Virus record (IMG/VR): IMGVR_UViG_3300031705_000002
Coordinates: 30,958-94,957 of that record
Source of the DNA: a virus
Length of the DNA: 64,000 bases
Strand: one strand, 5' to 3'
This document shows positions 29,784 through 40,189 of the stretch, in pieces. How positions within the stretch are numbered: the stretch's first letter is position 1; every line of letters starts with the position of its first letter. A program made the translations under genes and the position numbers. The notes below the pieces were generated by a model, which worked only from the letters and a program-made list of their open reading frames with translations, was not told where the DNA came from and did not search any database.

Positions 29784-32700
29784 TTATAATTTTACAAATT
29801 TACAAATATTTTCTATATTTTCTTTGATTTTAAAGAACTTTTTCGCATATTCAAGCGCGATAGGTGTTTTTATATTCACAGCCTTTAACTGTTCTGAGGT
29901 ATACAGTCTGAATAAGATACTCCCGAGAGTGCCTGCCCAAACCATCTCCCCTAACCTACGTACGTAAGGTCCCGAATAAGACTCCCCAGAAGCTGAGTAG
30001 TATACTCCTCCCAAGGTAAATAACTTAGAAGTTAGTGTGAAGTTTAAGGAATCTCTTGGGAGAGGTTCTTCGACATACTCCCCGCAGTCTACTTCATATT
30101 CCACGCCAGAATCTAGGATTATCTGATTAATCGTCTCATCGGAGGCTCCGCCCCCTATAAAGCACCCCTCCGATGTAAGAACACCCGAAAGACATGCATC
30201 GTCACTAAGTACGTACTGGTAACCCCCACCCGCACATTCTTGGCCTTCAGTGTCATACAAAGGGTATTCATCGTTATATAGTACAGGGCTCTCTGTAGCT
30301 CCCTCCTCAAAGTATTCAAGGTATTCCTCTAAGTATAGGGCGTCTCCGCAATCTGTAGGTGAGACAACTTCACATATCTCTATTATATGTGTAGGGACTA
30401 CACAGCCTTCTTCCCCTAAAAATATACAGTGTCTCCAGTCATATATAGATGCATCAGGGTTGTAATTAAGAGCCTCTATATCCATACACCCTACAAGTGA
30501 GGTGGTATCTATAGCCTCTATGTACTCTACAATTTCCGTAAAAATAGGAGTAAAAAGATCCACAGTAGATACATATGTTTTTAAGTCTAATAAGTCTGCA
30601 AACACCTTCATGGGAGCGAAGGTTCCTGCGCCTGAATCCAGAACCTCCTCAATAATAGCTATCTGAGAAGGGCTATAGGCCTGCCTAGTTCCTGAATATA
30701 TTACATTGTCTAGGGTCTTATACCCCTCTCCGTACCCGTAAGACCTAACACCAGTACCAAGACTGTAATTCATAGGATCCGCTAGTGTATTGAATGTATA
30801 GGTGTACCCGTTAAACGTCATTCCGTGTAGATACAACTCCGTACTTTCTCCCTTAAGATAGCTCTTATAGCTATCTATATCTAAGTCTACTATTTTATAA
30901 GGATTGTAGTATTCAGAGTACATTTCAGTGCTTCCCGTAATAACTCTATTTAACATCGTCCCTGCACTTCGACGTGAATAGTCCATAGGCATTACATCAG
31001 GGTACGAGTATATATCCGAGATGTCTACGTATGTACCCCCTCCTACCGCAAAAGTTTGGTACGTAAGGGTTTGACCTAAGGCAAGCTCGTAGGGCAACTT
31101 ACTCTCAGGCCCTGCTATACCATAATAACCAAAAGTAGGTAAATGCCCATTATATGTGCTGAAAGCCGCAACATTCCCTTTAAAATATTTTGTAGCCAGA
31201 AGTGAGTTAAACACAAGTAAATTCCTCAAAGTTTGACTGTGTTCATTTACGGCGCCGTCAAAGACGCTCCTCATAACTCTTGCGTAAAGCTCTTGAGCCT
31301 CCCCAATAACGTATCCTACAAAATCACCATCAATATCTCTGTACGTTTGGGGGGTATGTAGACAGGGACAAAACTCTGCATTGTATAAATCATCTGTAGG
31401 AGTATTGTCAGGATAAGGAGGGTAGGCAGTGTTAGCCCAATTACCGTTAACTTCCCAAAACTCATCGTATATATCTGTAGGGGCACCGTCCCCGTCCAAC
31501 TTACAGAAGGACGCCCTTGTAATAAAATCTATAGGAGAAATCCGCGTATAATTAGTGGCAGTAGTAGTAGTTATTACTATATTAGAAAAAACCCCTCCAG
31601 ACGTTGAATCAATAGTTAGGTCAAAGTTTTCGGGGGATGTACTCCACGGAGATATAGTAATGCTTGCTCCGACACTCCCGTTATCTACAATAGTACTCCC
31701 AAACATACCTCCCTCGTGGTGCAGGTTTACATAACCTCCCCCAAATTGCGAAGAAAGGGTTACAGTAAAGCTTATAGATTCAAACCTCCCCTCTATGGGG
31801 ATAATTATAGGCGAACCCCCCATAGTAGTTACACTTCCAGTGGTCTCATTTATATATATAGAGCCATCCATAGATGTATGTATCTTAGCAAAAATTGGAG
31901 TGTAACTTCCCGTAACACCCGAAGTTACATCTTCGTAGTGAGACTTATTAACAACAAATTTAGGGAACCCTTCCTCCGTGACAGCAGTGTCAGACAAGTG
32001 CCCTCCCCAAGGGGCCCCGTGATCTACTGCTGCGGTAGAATATTTAACCTGTAATTTTAGGGCTGAAATCTCCTCGGACGAGAGGTCGAAAGGAGAGCCT
32101 GCTATAGTTTCAGGTATTATTTTTATAGTTACCCCATCTTCCACAACAGTATCATACCCTAAAGTAGGTTTGTTAGGGGAAGAGTGCATGTCCTTTAGGT
32201 GCCTAAACAGCCCACTTAAATACTGACTATCTGTAGTACTTAAGCCTCCAGCACTTTCTGCAGTAAACGTAAATATAGGCTTATATGAATCTACAAGCCC
32301 TCCCTCAAAAGAATGCTTCAAAGCGAAGGTATGCCCAAGCTCATGTGTAAGTATACTCACAAAAGTGTTAAACTTAAACTCAGAAAAAGCACCTATAGGG
32401 GTAGCCATCATAAGCTCCCCGTGCCCCATAAAAGAGTTATTACTCGAGTAACGCGACGTAGGCATAGAGGCTCTACCTGAAAAGTCAACTCTACGGCCAA
32501 ACTTCCCTGAGGGACCCGACAACACTATTATATTTAAAAAAGGATAGCCAGCTTTCCCCGTGTTTTTGTAATATTGGTAAGCTTCGTTTTCAGAGTAATC
32601 AGCTAAGCGCCCATAACGGACATTAATATCCCCGATATTAAATCTAGGGGTTTCGCTAAGAGTTTGGTGCCTATACTTAGCGGACAGTCCTGGGGCCCCA

Positions 32701-33491
32701 AAACCTTCTAAGGTAGAGGCAGCAAGCATTTCAGACCCTTTCAATTTACTCTGGTCTTGAATAAATATAGCCCCCTCAGGTCCGCAATCTATAAATCCTC
32801 CTAAATCTGCTATATGTCTAAGCCGTACTAAGTTTATGTATTCTGGGGTTAACTCCAAAGCAGCCCCCACGCCCCCTGGATCTCCCACCCACTCGCTCTC
32901 AAAGGTAGATGAAAATATAAGAAACTCCTCCTCTGCTGCCTCTCGCTGAGCAAGTGCTTCGTCACTTATAGTGTTTAGGGTGTCAGATGCTGTGTATGAA
33001 AAATAAGGGGAATCAGAGTCTGCCGCAACTTTAAAATCCACTACCGCCCTATCCGAGGCCGCTGAACTTCTGTTAAACTCCTTTAGCATGTTAACTGGGA
33101 GTTTATTGGGTAGCTTTAGTCTTATCTTAGATTCCACTCCGTGGTCTACATTATCTATAGCTGCACCTATCAATACCCCAGGAGGTACATATGTGCCTGC
33201 ATACACCTCATTAAGTTTCTCTAGAGCGTCTATATAAAACTGTTTTCCGTAATGAAAAACCTCCCCTGTCTCTGAATTCTCAAGGAGTGTAAATACCACT
33301 GGCAAGTAAACCAACTCCGCTTCCGTGTAGGGTATGGTCCGTGTAGTTTCTAAGTCTGTGGATCGACCTGCAGCCCTCTTAAGTGTACGGGCTATGTTAG
33401 GTATATCATTAAACTCAGAGTCATCAACTGTGCATTCCTCTACGAATCCCTGTATCTTTTTAGGGTTTTTATTTATAAACTTCTTTGCCAT
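29784..33491 (-). CDS. Large M43 (pappalysin-like) zinc metalloprotease, paralogue A
   Basis: YLPVVF; THELGHTFALKHSF; PMNY Met-turn candidate; YSPSQI; GCMDxxAxNYNP repeat. Confidence 0.75.
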   Translation of the reverse strand: MAKKFINKNPKKIQGFVEECTVDDSEFNDIPNIARTLKRAAGRSTDLETTRTIPYTEAELVYLPVVFTLLENSETGEVFHYGKQFYIDALEKLNEVYAGTYVPPGVLIGAAIDNVDHGVESKIRLKLPNKLPVNMLKEFNRSSAASDRAVVDFKVAADSDSPYFSYTASDTLNTISDEALAQREAAEEEFLIFSSTFESEWVGDPGGVGAALELTPEYINLVRLRHIADLGGFIDCGPEGAIFIQDQSKLKGSEMLAASTLEGFGAPGLSAKYRHQTLSETPRFNIGDINVRYGRLADYSENEAYQYYKNTGKAGYPFLNIIVLSGPSGKFGRRVDFSGRASMPTSRYSSNNSFMGHGELMMATPIGAFSEFKFNTFVSILTHELGHTFALKHSFEGGLVDSYKPIFTFTAESAGGLSTTDSQYLSGLFRHLKDMHSSPNKPTLGYDTVVEDGVTIKIIPETIAGSPFDLSSEEISALKLQVKYSTAAVDHGAPWGGHLSDTAVTEEGFPKFVVNKSHYEDVTSGVTGSYTPIFAKIHTSMDGSIYINETTGSVTTMGGSPIIIPIEGRFESISFTVTLSSQFGGGYVNLHHEGGMFGSTIVDNGSVGASITISPWSTSPENFDLTIDSTSGGVFSNIVITTTTATNYTRISPIDFITRASFCKLDGDGAPTDIYDEFWEVNGNWANTAYPPYPDNTPTDDLYNAEFCPCLHTPQTYRDIDGDFVGYVIGEAQELYARVMRSVFDGAVNEHSQTLRNLLVFNSLLATKYFKGNVAAFSTYNGHLPTFGYYGIAGPESKLPYELALGQTLTYQTFAVGGGTYVDISDIYSYPDVMPMDYSRRSAGTMLNRVITGSTEMYSEYYNPYKIVDLDIDSYKSYLKGESTELYLHGMTFNGYTYTFNTLADPMNYSLGTGVRSYGYGEGYKTLDNVIYSGTRQAYSPSQIAIIEEVLDSGAGTFAPMKVFADLLDLKTYVSTVDLFTPIFTEIVEYIEAIDTTSLVGCMDIEALNYNPDASIYDWRHCIFLGEEGCVVPTHIIEICEVVSPTDCGDALYLEEYLEYFEEGATESPVLYNDEYPLYDTEGQECAGGGYQYVLSDDACLSGVLTSEGCFIGGGASDETINQIILDSGVEYEVDCGEYVEEPLPRDSLNFTLTSKLFTLGGVYYSASGESYSGPYVRRLGEMVWAGTLGSILFRLYTSEQLKAVNIKTPIALEYAKKFFKIKENIENICKFVKL

Positions 33492-36400
33492 TATTTCACG
33501 AATTTACAGATATTTTCTATACTCTCTTTAACTTTAAAGAATTTTTCAGCAGCAACTAGAGTGGGGGTGGTTTTTAAGTTTAGAGCGCTTAGTTGTTCCG
33601 AGGTATACAACCTAAAGGATGTATTACCTATACTACCTGCCCATACGATACCTCCAGTTCTGTACACATAAGGCCCTGAGTAATACTCTCCCTTTGAGGA
33701 GAAATACATTCCTCCAGATGTAAATAGGTTAGGATATATCAAATCTCTAGTGTCTGCAGATTCCCCGCAATTTAAGGTATACTCCGAACTATTAGTGGTT
33801 AGTAATTCTACTAACTCCTCTTCTGAGGTATTCCCCACAAAACAATCCGTGTCTATTGTTCCGTACACACACCCATTATTATCTAATACATATTTAAACC
33901 CTCCACCCCCATCTCCCTCTTCGCAGTCGGGGTCGCCAGGATACTCCTCACTATACAACACAACACTCTCTGTATTCGTACCGTCAAAATATTCTAAAAA
34001 ATCAGCAGGGGGAAGTAGAAACCCACAAATTAATGGAGAGTCTTCTAAGCATACATTTATAATATGTGGGAGTTTGTCACAAATAGGCACTGGGTATATA
34101 CATACTCTATCGTCCCCTATATAACCGTTAGCACTACTAGCTGAGGCAATGTCGTAGTTTAGACCGTTAGTGTCGTTGCACACTATATATTGATCTAAGG
34201 ATGGGTCCGCTATAAGAGTTACTATATCCTCATATATAGGAGTAAATAAATCTGTAGTAGATTCATATGTTCCCAACTCTATAAGATCCCCAAACCTCTT
34301 AGCCCTCTTATACATACCTAGCTCTAAGTCAACCGCTGCTTCCGCAATAGCTATTTGTGCGGGAGAGAAACTAACTCTGCATGTACCGATCTGACCGCTA
34401 CCTCTCGAGAATCCCCCAGACGTAGGGTCTGTATCTAGTAGGGAGCTTGTCAGATATGAAGAGATCGTCCTCCTGTATTGCATACATTCATATATTGACG
34501 TATAATTAAGATTAAACCCTAAAAGATCTTTGTTGTAAAAAACGTTATCTGCCTGTGTAGTTAATCCTGAGAGGGAGTCAGACCAATTCGAAAGTAGATA
34601 GGGGTTGTAATATCGGGAATTTATATTTGAGTTTCCCGTCATAAAACGCTGTTGTATGGGGTACGTCACTTTAAATTCCGCGTGCGCAGTCATTTGAGGG
34701 GCTGTATCCGAAACCCTAGAAGTAGAGGGATCCTCCTTAATATAAGTATTCCCCGAATATAGAGTACTAGGAGTCCCTAAAAGGGCATGCACTTTCCCTA
34801 TAGGGGGCATACCACAAAACCCTATGATAGGTAAAACTCCGTTAGGGCACGGGAGTACATACCCTCTAGTAGCATTTAGAGGGAAGAAATAACTCACCCC
34901 CATCTGCATCGCATTTACAACAGAACTCTTTGAGCTTTTTGCATTAGAAGACGATATATCGGTAACTACATCATCCATTAAGTTATACATATCTCGCATC
35001 CCCTGCGAATCGCTTATAGGGGTAAAAGAACTTATTACTCCATCTGCATCCCTATACAACTGAGGGGTATGTAGACAAGGGCAGTATGTCGCGTCATACA
35101 TAAAATCTGTAGGCATATTATCAGGGTAAGGAGGAAAATCTTCATTAACCCAATTCCCATTTAAAGCCCAAAATTCATCATAAATATTAGTTATAGCACC
35201 ATTACTATCTAGCTTACAGAAGGGTATTCTTGTTACATGATCTACTGCTCTCAGTGTCTCATTTGATACTACCGCCGTAGTATTAACTACTATAGAATGT
35301 ATATAAATAGACGCGGTTGAGGTAGTAGACCTACCTATAACTATATCTGTAACCCCATCCAACTCTGCTGCGGTAAAGGATATTGTAAAAATTTGGTCAG
35401 GATATAGATCCCCCAATATAGCACTACCATATAGTACATTGAAGAGTTGGTCATGCACTTTAACAACAACGTTAGCATTTACCTTAAAAGAAATTACACA
35501 GGAATTAATAATCCCTGCATTCTCAATATTGAATCCTACTCCTCCTCCCAATGCATATGTAGCATTAGTAAACTCTACATACGCCCCGTGATTAATGGGC
35601 GTATTACTATAAGAAGAGGGAGTGAGAAGATCTAAATATATATCCCCACTTATACCATAGGTAACCTGCCCATAAGAAGCTTTATTAATTATAAGTCTCG
35701 GAAACCCCTCTGAAGTAAATTCTGTTTCCGACAGACTGCCTCCCCAAACCACAGTAGTGTTCATTGCGTACTCTAATATTCTCGATTTGTATGTAATCGT
35801 ATTACTGTCGTATAGGTTAAAAAATCCTAAGGAGTCTGCAGTAGGTAGGATCTTTATAGTAACCCCATCCTCCACAACAGTATCCATGTGCATAAAAATG
35901 TTCCCAGGTAAATCTGAAGCAACTAAATCTGCGGCTAGGTTTATTCTACCTTCAACGAAAAGCTTGTCATCATTTGAAAGCGTATTCAGAACTGCTGCAT
36001 CCCCCGTAAAAGGTAGCGAGGTAACATTGTATATATCCGTAAACATATCAGTTGTACGTCCTCCCGTAAAGGTGTGGGATAAAGTAAAGGAGTGCCCTAA
36101 TTCATGTAATAATACATGACAGTACTGTACCATATCCTTGAGTGTGTACATCTCAACTATACCATGTGGTTGCATAGCGAAAGCAGTAGCATCTAATGCT
36201 GTAGGGAAGGGGGATTTACCTGAAAACCCCATACTATTAGCCCAACGAGTTCTCTCATCCCCAGTTCCTCTATAATTAAATACATGTATAGCAGGGATAC
36301 GTAACTGTCTCTGATACTTAGTCCAATACTTCGATGGGCCCAGTGAGGGCTCCATTTTTGTACCATTGTTATTGGCGGGCATCACAAAATCTTTACTGTT

Positions 36401-37309
36401 CCCTCTATCAACACTGGCTGGAGGCGGGTATATCTCTGAGTACTGATTTACGGCTAACGAGTAACCATGTTGATACCCATAGGCAGTCATCCTAGACCCT
36501 TTAAGGTCATTTACATCTCTTATAAATATAGCCCCTGTAGGGCCGCAGTCTATAAAACCTCCCAATTGGTTTATATGGTCAGTACGTTCATACTCAATAA
36601 ACTCAGGAGAAGTAGCCAACAGATTGGTAGCTTCCGTCTCTGAATTACCTACAGATACAGTGTAATTAAATAGAGTGTTATATGCTGCTTCCGCAACAGT
36701 AAAGTCAGCTAAGGCGTCTGCTTGAGCGGTATTCAATACAGAAGAATCATTGTATTTAAAAATACCGTATAAAGACAGATGTGACGAACTTGCCTCTACC
36801 ACATGGTCATGATACCCAAAATCCATAACAGACATAGCATTCGTACTAACAGGGTAGTTGAAATTTTTAAGGACACCTGCGGGAAGTTGCTGAGGTAGTT
36901 TATACCTTATCTTACATTCAACTCCGTGGTCTGTGTGATACTTAGCCGCCCCCATAGTAACTTCGTCAGGGACAACAAAAGTCCCCTCAAGCATAGAGTT
37001 GATTGTATCTATAACATCTATATAAAACTGCATCCCGTTATGGTAAACCGCCTCCTTCTCCCTATCCTCGAATAGATGAAAAACTATTGGAATATAAACA
37101 AGTTCACTTGCAGTGTATTCTGTATAAGGAGCGGCTCGAGAGTTTCTTAGTTCTTTTAGTTTTTCACCCCGCTCTGCGGCTATTTTAGTGACCTCTTTAT
37201 GTCCTGGAATATCTTCATACTTAACCTCCTCCGTGCCGCACGATTCTTCACCGTCTTCTATATCCCTTAAATCTACTTTAGGGCTCTTATTTATAAACTT
37301 TTTTGCCAT
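33491..37309 (-). CDS. Large M43 (pappalysin-like) zinc metalloprotease, paralogue B
   Basis: SCGT (Cys-switch-like); YIPIVFH; LHELGHSFTLSHTF; VSDTAP; CMQY; FSPAQI. Confidence 0.78.
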   Translation of the reverse strand: MAKKFINKSPKVDLRDIEDGEESCGTEEVKYEDIPGHKEVTKIAAERGEKLKELRNSRAAPYTEYTASELVYIPIVFHLFEDREKEAVYHNGMQFYIDVIDTINSMLEGTFVVPDEVTMGAAKYHTDHGVECKIRYKLPQQLPAGVLKNFNYPVSTNAMSVMDFGYHDHVVEASSSHLSLYGIFKYNDSSVLNTAQADALADFTVAEAAYNTLFNYTVSVGNSETEATNLLATSPEFIEYERTDHINQLGGFIDCGPTGAIFIRDVNDLKGSRMTAYGYQHGYSLAVNQYSEIYPPPASVDRGNSKDFVMPANNNGTKMEPSLGPSKYWTKYQRQLRIPAIHVFNYRGTGDERTRWANSMGFSGKSPFPTALDATAFAMQPHGIVEMYTLKDMVQYCHVLLHELGHSFTLSHTFTGGRTTDMFTDIYNVTSLPFTGDAAVLNTLSNDDKLFVEGRINLAADLVASDLPGNIFMHMDTVVEDGVTIKILPTADSLGFFNLYDSNTITYKSRILEYAMNTTVVWGGSLSETEFTSEGFPRLIINKASYGQVTYGISGDIYLDLLTPSSYSNTPINHGAYVEFTNATYALGGGVGFNIENAGIINSCVISFKVNANVVVKVHDQLFNVLYGSAILGDLYPDQIFTISFTAAELDGVTDIVIGRSTTSTASIYIHSIVVNTTAVVSNETLRAVDHVTRIPFCKLDSNGAITNIYDEFWALNGNWVNEDFPPYPDNMPTDFMYDATYCPCLHTPQLYRDADGVISSFTPISDSQGMRDMYNLMDDVVTDISSSNAKSSKSSVVNAMQMGVSYFFPLNATRGYVLPCPNGVLPIIGFCGMPPIGKVHALLGTPSTLYSGNTYIKEDPSTSRVSDTAPQMTAHAEFKVTYPIQQRFMTGNSNINSRYYNPYLLSNWSDSLSGLTTQADNVFYNKDLLGFNLNYTSIYECMQYRRTISSYLTSSLLDTDPTSGGFSRGSGQIGTCRVSFSPAQIAIAEAAVDLELGMYKRAKRFGDLIELGTYESTTDLFTPIYEDIVTLIADPSLDQYIVCNDTNGLNYDIASASSANGYIGDDRVCIYPVPICDKLPHIINVCLEDSPLICGFLLPPADFLEYFDGTNTESVVLYSEEYPGDPDCEEGDGGGGFKYVLDNNGCVYGTIDTDCFVGNTSEEELVELLTTNSSEYTLNCGESADTRDLIYPNLFTSGGMYFSSKGEYYSGPYVYRTGGIVWAGSIGNTSFRLYTSEQLSALNLKTTPTLVAAEKFFKVKESIENICKFVK

Positions 37310-38613
37310 TACCTATTTAATATGTTATTACATAATAACTGTATCTTCTTAATAATAGCTAAGATACTAGAAGCTTCTAGGGACATATCTTGAGTTTTCT
37401 CTGTGTATATCCTTACAACTGAAGCCCGTACCACCTCTGCACAAGGGTCTACCTCTTCTATAACAGGTATAGTAGTGTACTCTAGGGCAGTAGATGCAAA
37501 CGAATTCCAAGGGCTACCCGTGGTAGCTAAAGATCCTCTTATAAAACTTATCTGGGCAGGAGACCAAATAGATCTTCTCATATCCACCCTTAAAGACATT
37601 ACGTTATCCCCTGATACATAGTGGCCTGTAAGTGTCGGATGAGCGGTGTCTCCACAAGTAGATGCATGACTTTCTGCATTATCTAGAAGCAATGTGCTCC
37701 ATAAAGTTGTCTCTCCTACATAAGGGGTTATATCTGACATACAATCCCCAGCCCCTCCAGTTGACACACACCCAGTATCGTTGCACTCAGCAAGCCCAGT
37801 GTCTCCCTTTAAACTTGCATAATCACTTACGTAAGTAGGCAGCAACCCTAACATACTTCCTATAAGATTTACATAAATCATATGCCTATGCCCCGCCCCG
37901 CCTTCATACGTAGGGACGGTTATATTAGAGTTCTCATAATTTATACCTAAAATACTTTGATTTCCATCTGTTAAAGAATAGAAAGGCAGGAAACCTACAG
38001 ATGGACGATCTGTCCCTGGGTAAGGTCCTTGACTTAATGGGAAAATAGGTGTCCCTCCAAGATGTGTATTATTTAACGCACTAACAAGAACAATAGTTAA
38101 TATACTATTAATATCTACGGTGTTTTTTAGGAGATCTAAGAAGTCTTCCTGATGAACCCCTATGGTTGGTTTTCTATTTCCATTTTCCGTTGAAGCTCTA
38201 AACCCCTCTGTAGCTACAGAGTAGTGTATAGGTAGACCCATAGGGTTAGGTAACGAATCTACAAATGGGGTTGTGTCTATACCAATAACTCCCCCACTAT
38301 CGGTTGAAGTAGCTGATATTTTATTGGTGAGTACGAATTTAAGATTGGCCGTCTTATATGCCCTATTAAGGTTAAAAACTATATCCTTAGCTACCTCTAC
38401 ACTGAAACTATGTTTATACTCGATAACACTATCGGGCCCCATATCATTAGCCACAACAAACAATATAGGTATAATTACCTCTGTTGTTGTGTCGTTGGAC
38501 CCCTGTAAACACGCTAAAGTATAACTCTTAATGCTTTCGAAACTAGCTGGTACGCCTAAGTCGTTTATTAAAACGTCTATGGAAGCGGTTATATTCCCCT
38601 TTTTAAAAATCAT
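37309..38613 (-). CDS. M43-fold pseudo-protease (zinc ligands lost)
   Basis: IIPILFVV; NLIGSMLGLLPTY at the HExGHxxGLxHxF position; GDCMSDITP; NVMS; WSPAQI. Confidence 0.65.
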   Translation of the reverse strand: MIFKKGNITASIDVLINDLGVPASFESIKSYTLACLQGSNDTTTEVIIPILFVVANDMGPDSVIEYKHSFSVEVAKDIVFNLNRAYKTANLKFVLTNKISATSTDSGGVIGIDTTPFVDSLPNPMGLPIHYSVATEGFRASTENGNRKPTIGVHQEDFLDLLKNTVDINSILTIVLVSALNNTHLGGTPIFPLSQGPYPGTDRPSVGFLPFYSLTDGNQSILGINYENSNITVPTYEGGAGHRHMIYVNLIGSMLGLLPTYVSDYASLKGDTGLAECNDTGCVSTGGAGDCMSDITPYVGETTLWSTLLLDNAESHASTCGDTAHPTLTGHYVSGDNVMSLRVDMRRSIWSPAQISFIRGSLATTGSPWNSFASTALEYTTIPVIEEVDPCAEVVRASVVRIYTEKTQDMSLEASSILAIIKKIQLLCNNILNR

Positions 38614-38615
38614 AT

Positions 38616-39170
38616 TTAATTTTCTAAACTCTCTAGTAGACTCTTAGCTAACAATGCTTTCTCCAGCGCATCTTCCTCGCAATCATCTGCAAGTAGGTTT
38701 ATAGACGAAAGTGTCTTAGACACCAAGGCAGAGGTCATGCAGGTATTTTTGAAGGGCATTGTGTACTCTCCGTGCATATCTGTTAAATCATTCAAGGCAT
38801 ATACCCTTATGTTGACCTGATATAAAGTATCGTCTAAGGTACTTAATTCTGACGATATTCCCAACTCCTGGTTAAATGTTTCTGCAGGTATTGAAAGTTT
38901 AAATCCTTTAAAACTTTCCTCACTTGGAGTAAACATAAATCCCTGGAAGGTGTCTAAGGAGAAAGTGCCTTCATGTATGGTTATATTCTCAGATGTACCC
39001 ATATAAGCTTGAACACTTATATCAATAGATATATCTTCTTTGTAGGGGTAAATATTGATAGTCCCCCACCCACCTAAATTGTCTTCAGAATAATTTCCTG
39101 TTACATCTTCTATAACAAGATTTCTACAATCATCTGTAGTATGTACTTCTAATCTTAAATCTAAAGCCAT
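38616..39170 (-). CDS. Conserved crAss-like structural protein (possible tail hub)
   Basis: DCxxLxIxDxTGxYSxxNxGGWG N-terminus; follows the auxiliary capsid gene. Confidence 0.55.
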   Translation of the reverse strand: MALDLRLEVHTTDDCRNLVIEDVTGNYSEDNLGGWGTINIYPYKEDISIDISVQAYMGTSENITIHEGTFSLDTFQGFMFTPSEESFKGFKLSIPAETFNQELGISSELSTLDDTLYQVNIRVYALNDLTDMHGEYTMPFKNTCMTSALVSKTLSSINLLADDCEEDALEKALLAKSLLESLEN

Positions 39171-39182
39171 TTTTTGGGTATT

Positions 39183-39212
39183 AAAAAAGGGCAGACAATA
39201 TGCCTGCCCTTT
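39183..39212 (-). terminator. Intrinsic terminator after the capsid genes
   Basis: Minus strand AAAGGGCAGGCA-TAT-TGTCTGCCCTTT followed by further Ts. Confidence 0.85.
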
Positions 39213-39234
39213 GGTTATATAAGTAAGTTAGTTA

Positions 39235-40158
39235 CTATGAAGAGAATATGTTAGCTGCATCAGCAAAGCCTAAAACTTTATCAAGCTCTACACCGCCTGT
39301 TGCTTTAGGCATTGCAATAATAATCTGACATCTTCCTACACCTGCTCCTGCAACTGCATGAGAAGGTCCTGGAATAACACAATCTAAAGACGCTACATCA
39401 TAATCACTACCAGCTAATGCGTTTAAAACTACTAAATCCCCATTATTAGGAACTGTACCGTGACGGTAAGGAGCTCCTGAAGAACCTACACCAAACCACT
39501 CTAGCTCTGCAACCTCTCTCCCGTGACCACTTCCGCGATCAGCACCAGAAACAACGTTTGTTGCTGCTGCTACAAATCCAGTAATGGTTACATCAAACAA
39601 AACCATAGTGTCTGCGTGAAGACCTAAAGACCATGTTTGAGGTTGTCCTACGATAGTCATACCATCATTACCCGCCGTGTGTGCTGCAGATACCTTATCT
39701 TTAGTACCTCCTGCAAGGTTAATCTGAGTCTCAAAATTCTCTAAAACCTCTCCAGCTGTAACTGTATTACCAGTTGTATACTCAAAGAAGTATTGATCTG
39801 ATTGATTTGAAAACAACTCTACATTATGCTTAAAGTTGATTCTTAAAGTATAACGAGTATTTGGAGTGTCATCACATAAATCTAACGTAGTTGTTTGCTC
39901 TACTCTAAGTACATACGCCTTACCTGTAACATTAGCTGCTTTAAATTCTACTAAAGGAGAGAAACGAGCGTTACCGTCTGCATCTTTCATACCAAATTGA
40001 ACAAGTGTTCCGTCAACAATAGCTGCGCCAGTAGGAACTACTGCGCCGTTTTTGTCTAAAATAACTAGCTCGCCAACCTCACTGGCTGCCAAGTTTTCGC
40101 TTATATCTGGATCTACCGTAGATACAAATACGTGCATTGAATTATCTGCTTTATACAT
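39235..40158 (-). CDS. Auxiliary capsid protein-like (crAss gp36-like by synteny)
   Basis: 307 aa; GSGHGREVAELEWF motif; last gene before a strong terminator. Confidence 0.55.
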   Translation of the reverse strand: MYKADNSMHVFVSTVDPDISENLAASEVGELVILDKNGAVVPTGAAIVDGTLVQFGMKDADGNARFSPLVEFKAANVTGKAYVLRVEQTTTLDLCDDTPNTRYTLRINFKHNVELFSNQSDQYFFEYTTGNTVTAGEVLENFETQINLAGGTKDKVSAAHTAGNDGMTIVGQPQTWSLGLHADTMVLFDVTITGFVAAATNVVSGADRGSGHGREVAELEWFGVGSSGAPYRHGTVPNNGDLVVLNALAGSDYDVASLDCVIPGPSHAVAGAGVGRCQIIIAMPKATGGVELDKVLGFADAANIFSS

Positions 40159-40189
40159 TTTTTTCTATTTAAAAATTAATTAATTGTTG

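Noticed and set aside
6880-37309. Diversity-generating retroelement or invertible cassette explaining the paralogues
   Set aside because: No reverse transcriptase or recombinase in the window; differences between copies are not adenine-specific; copies are in direct orientation.
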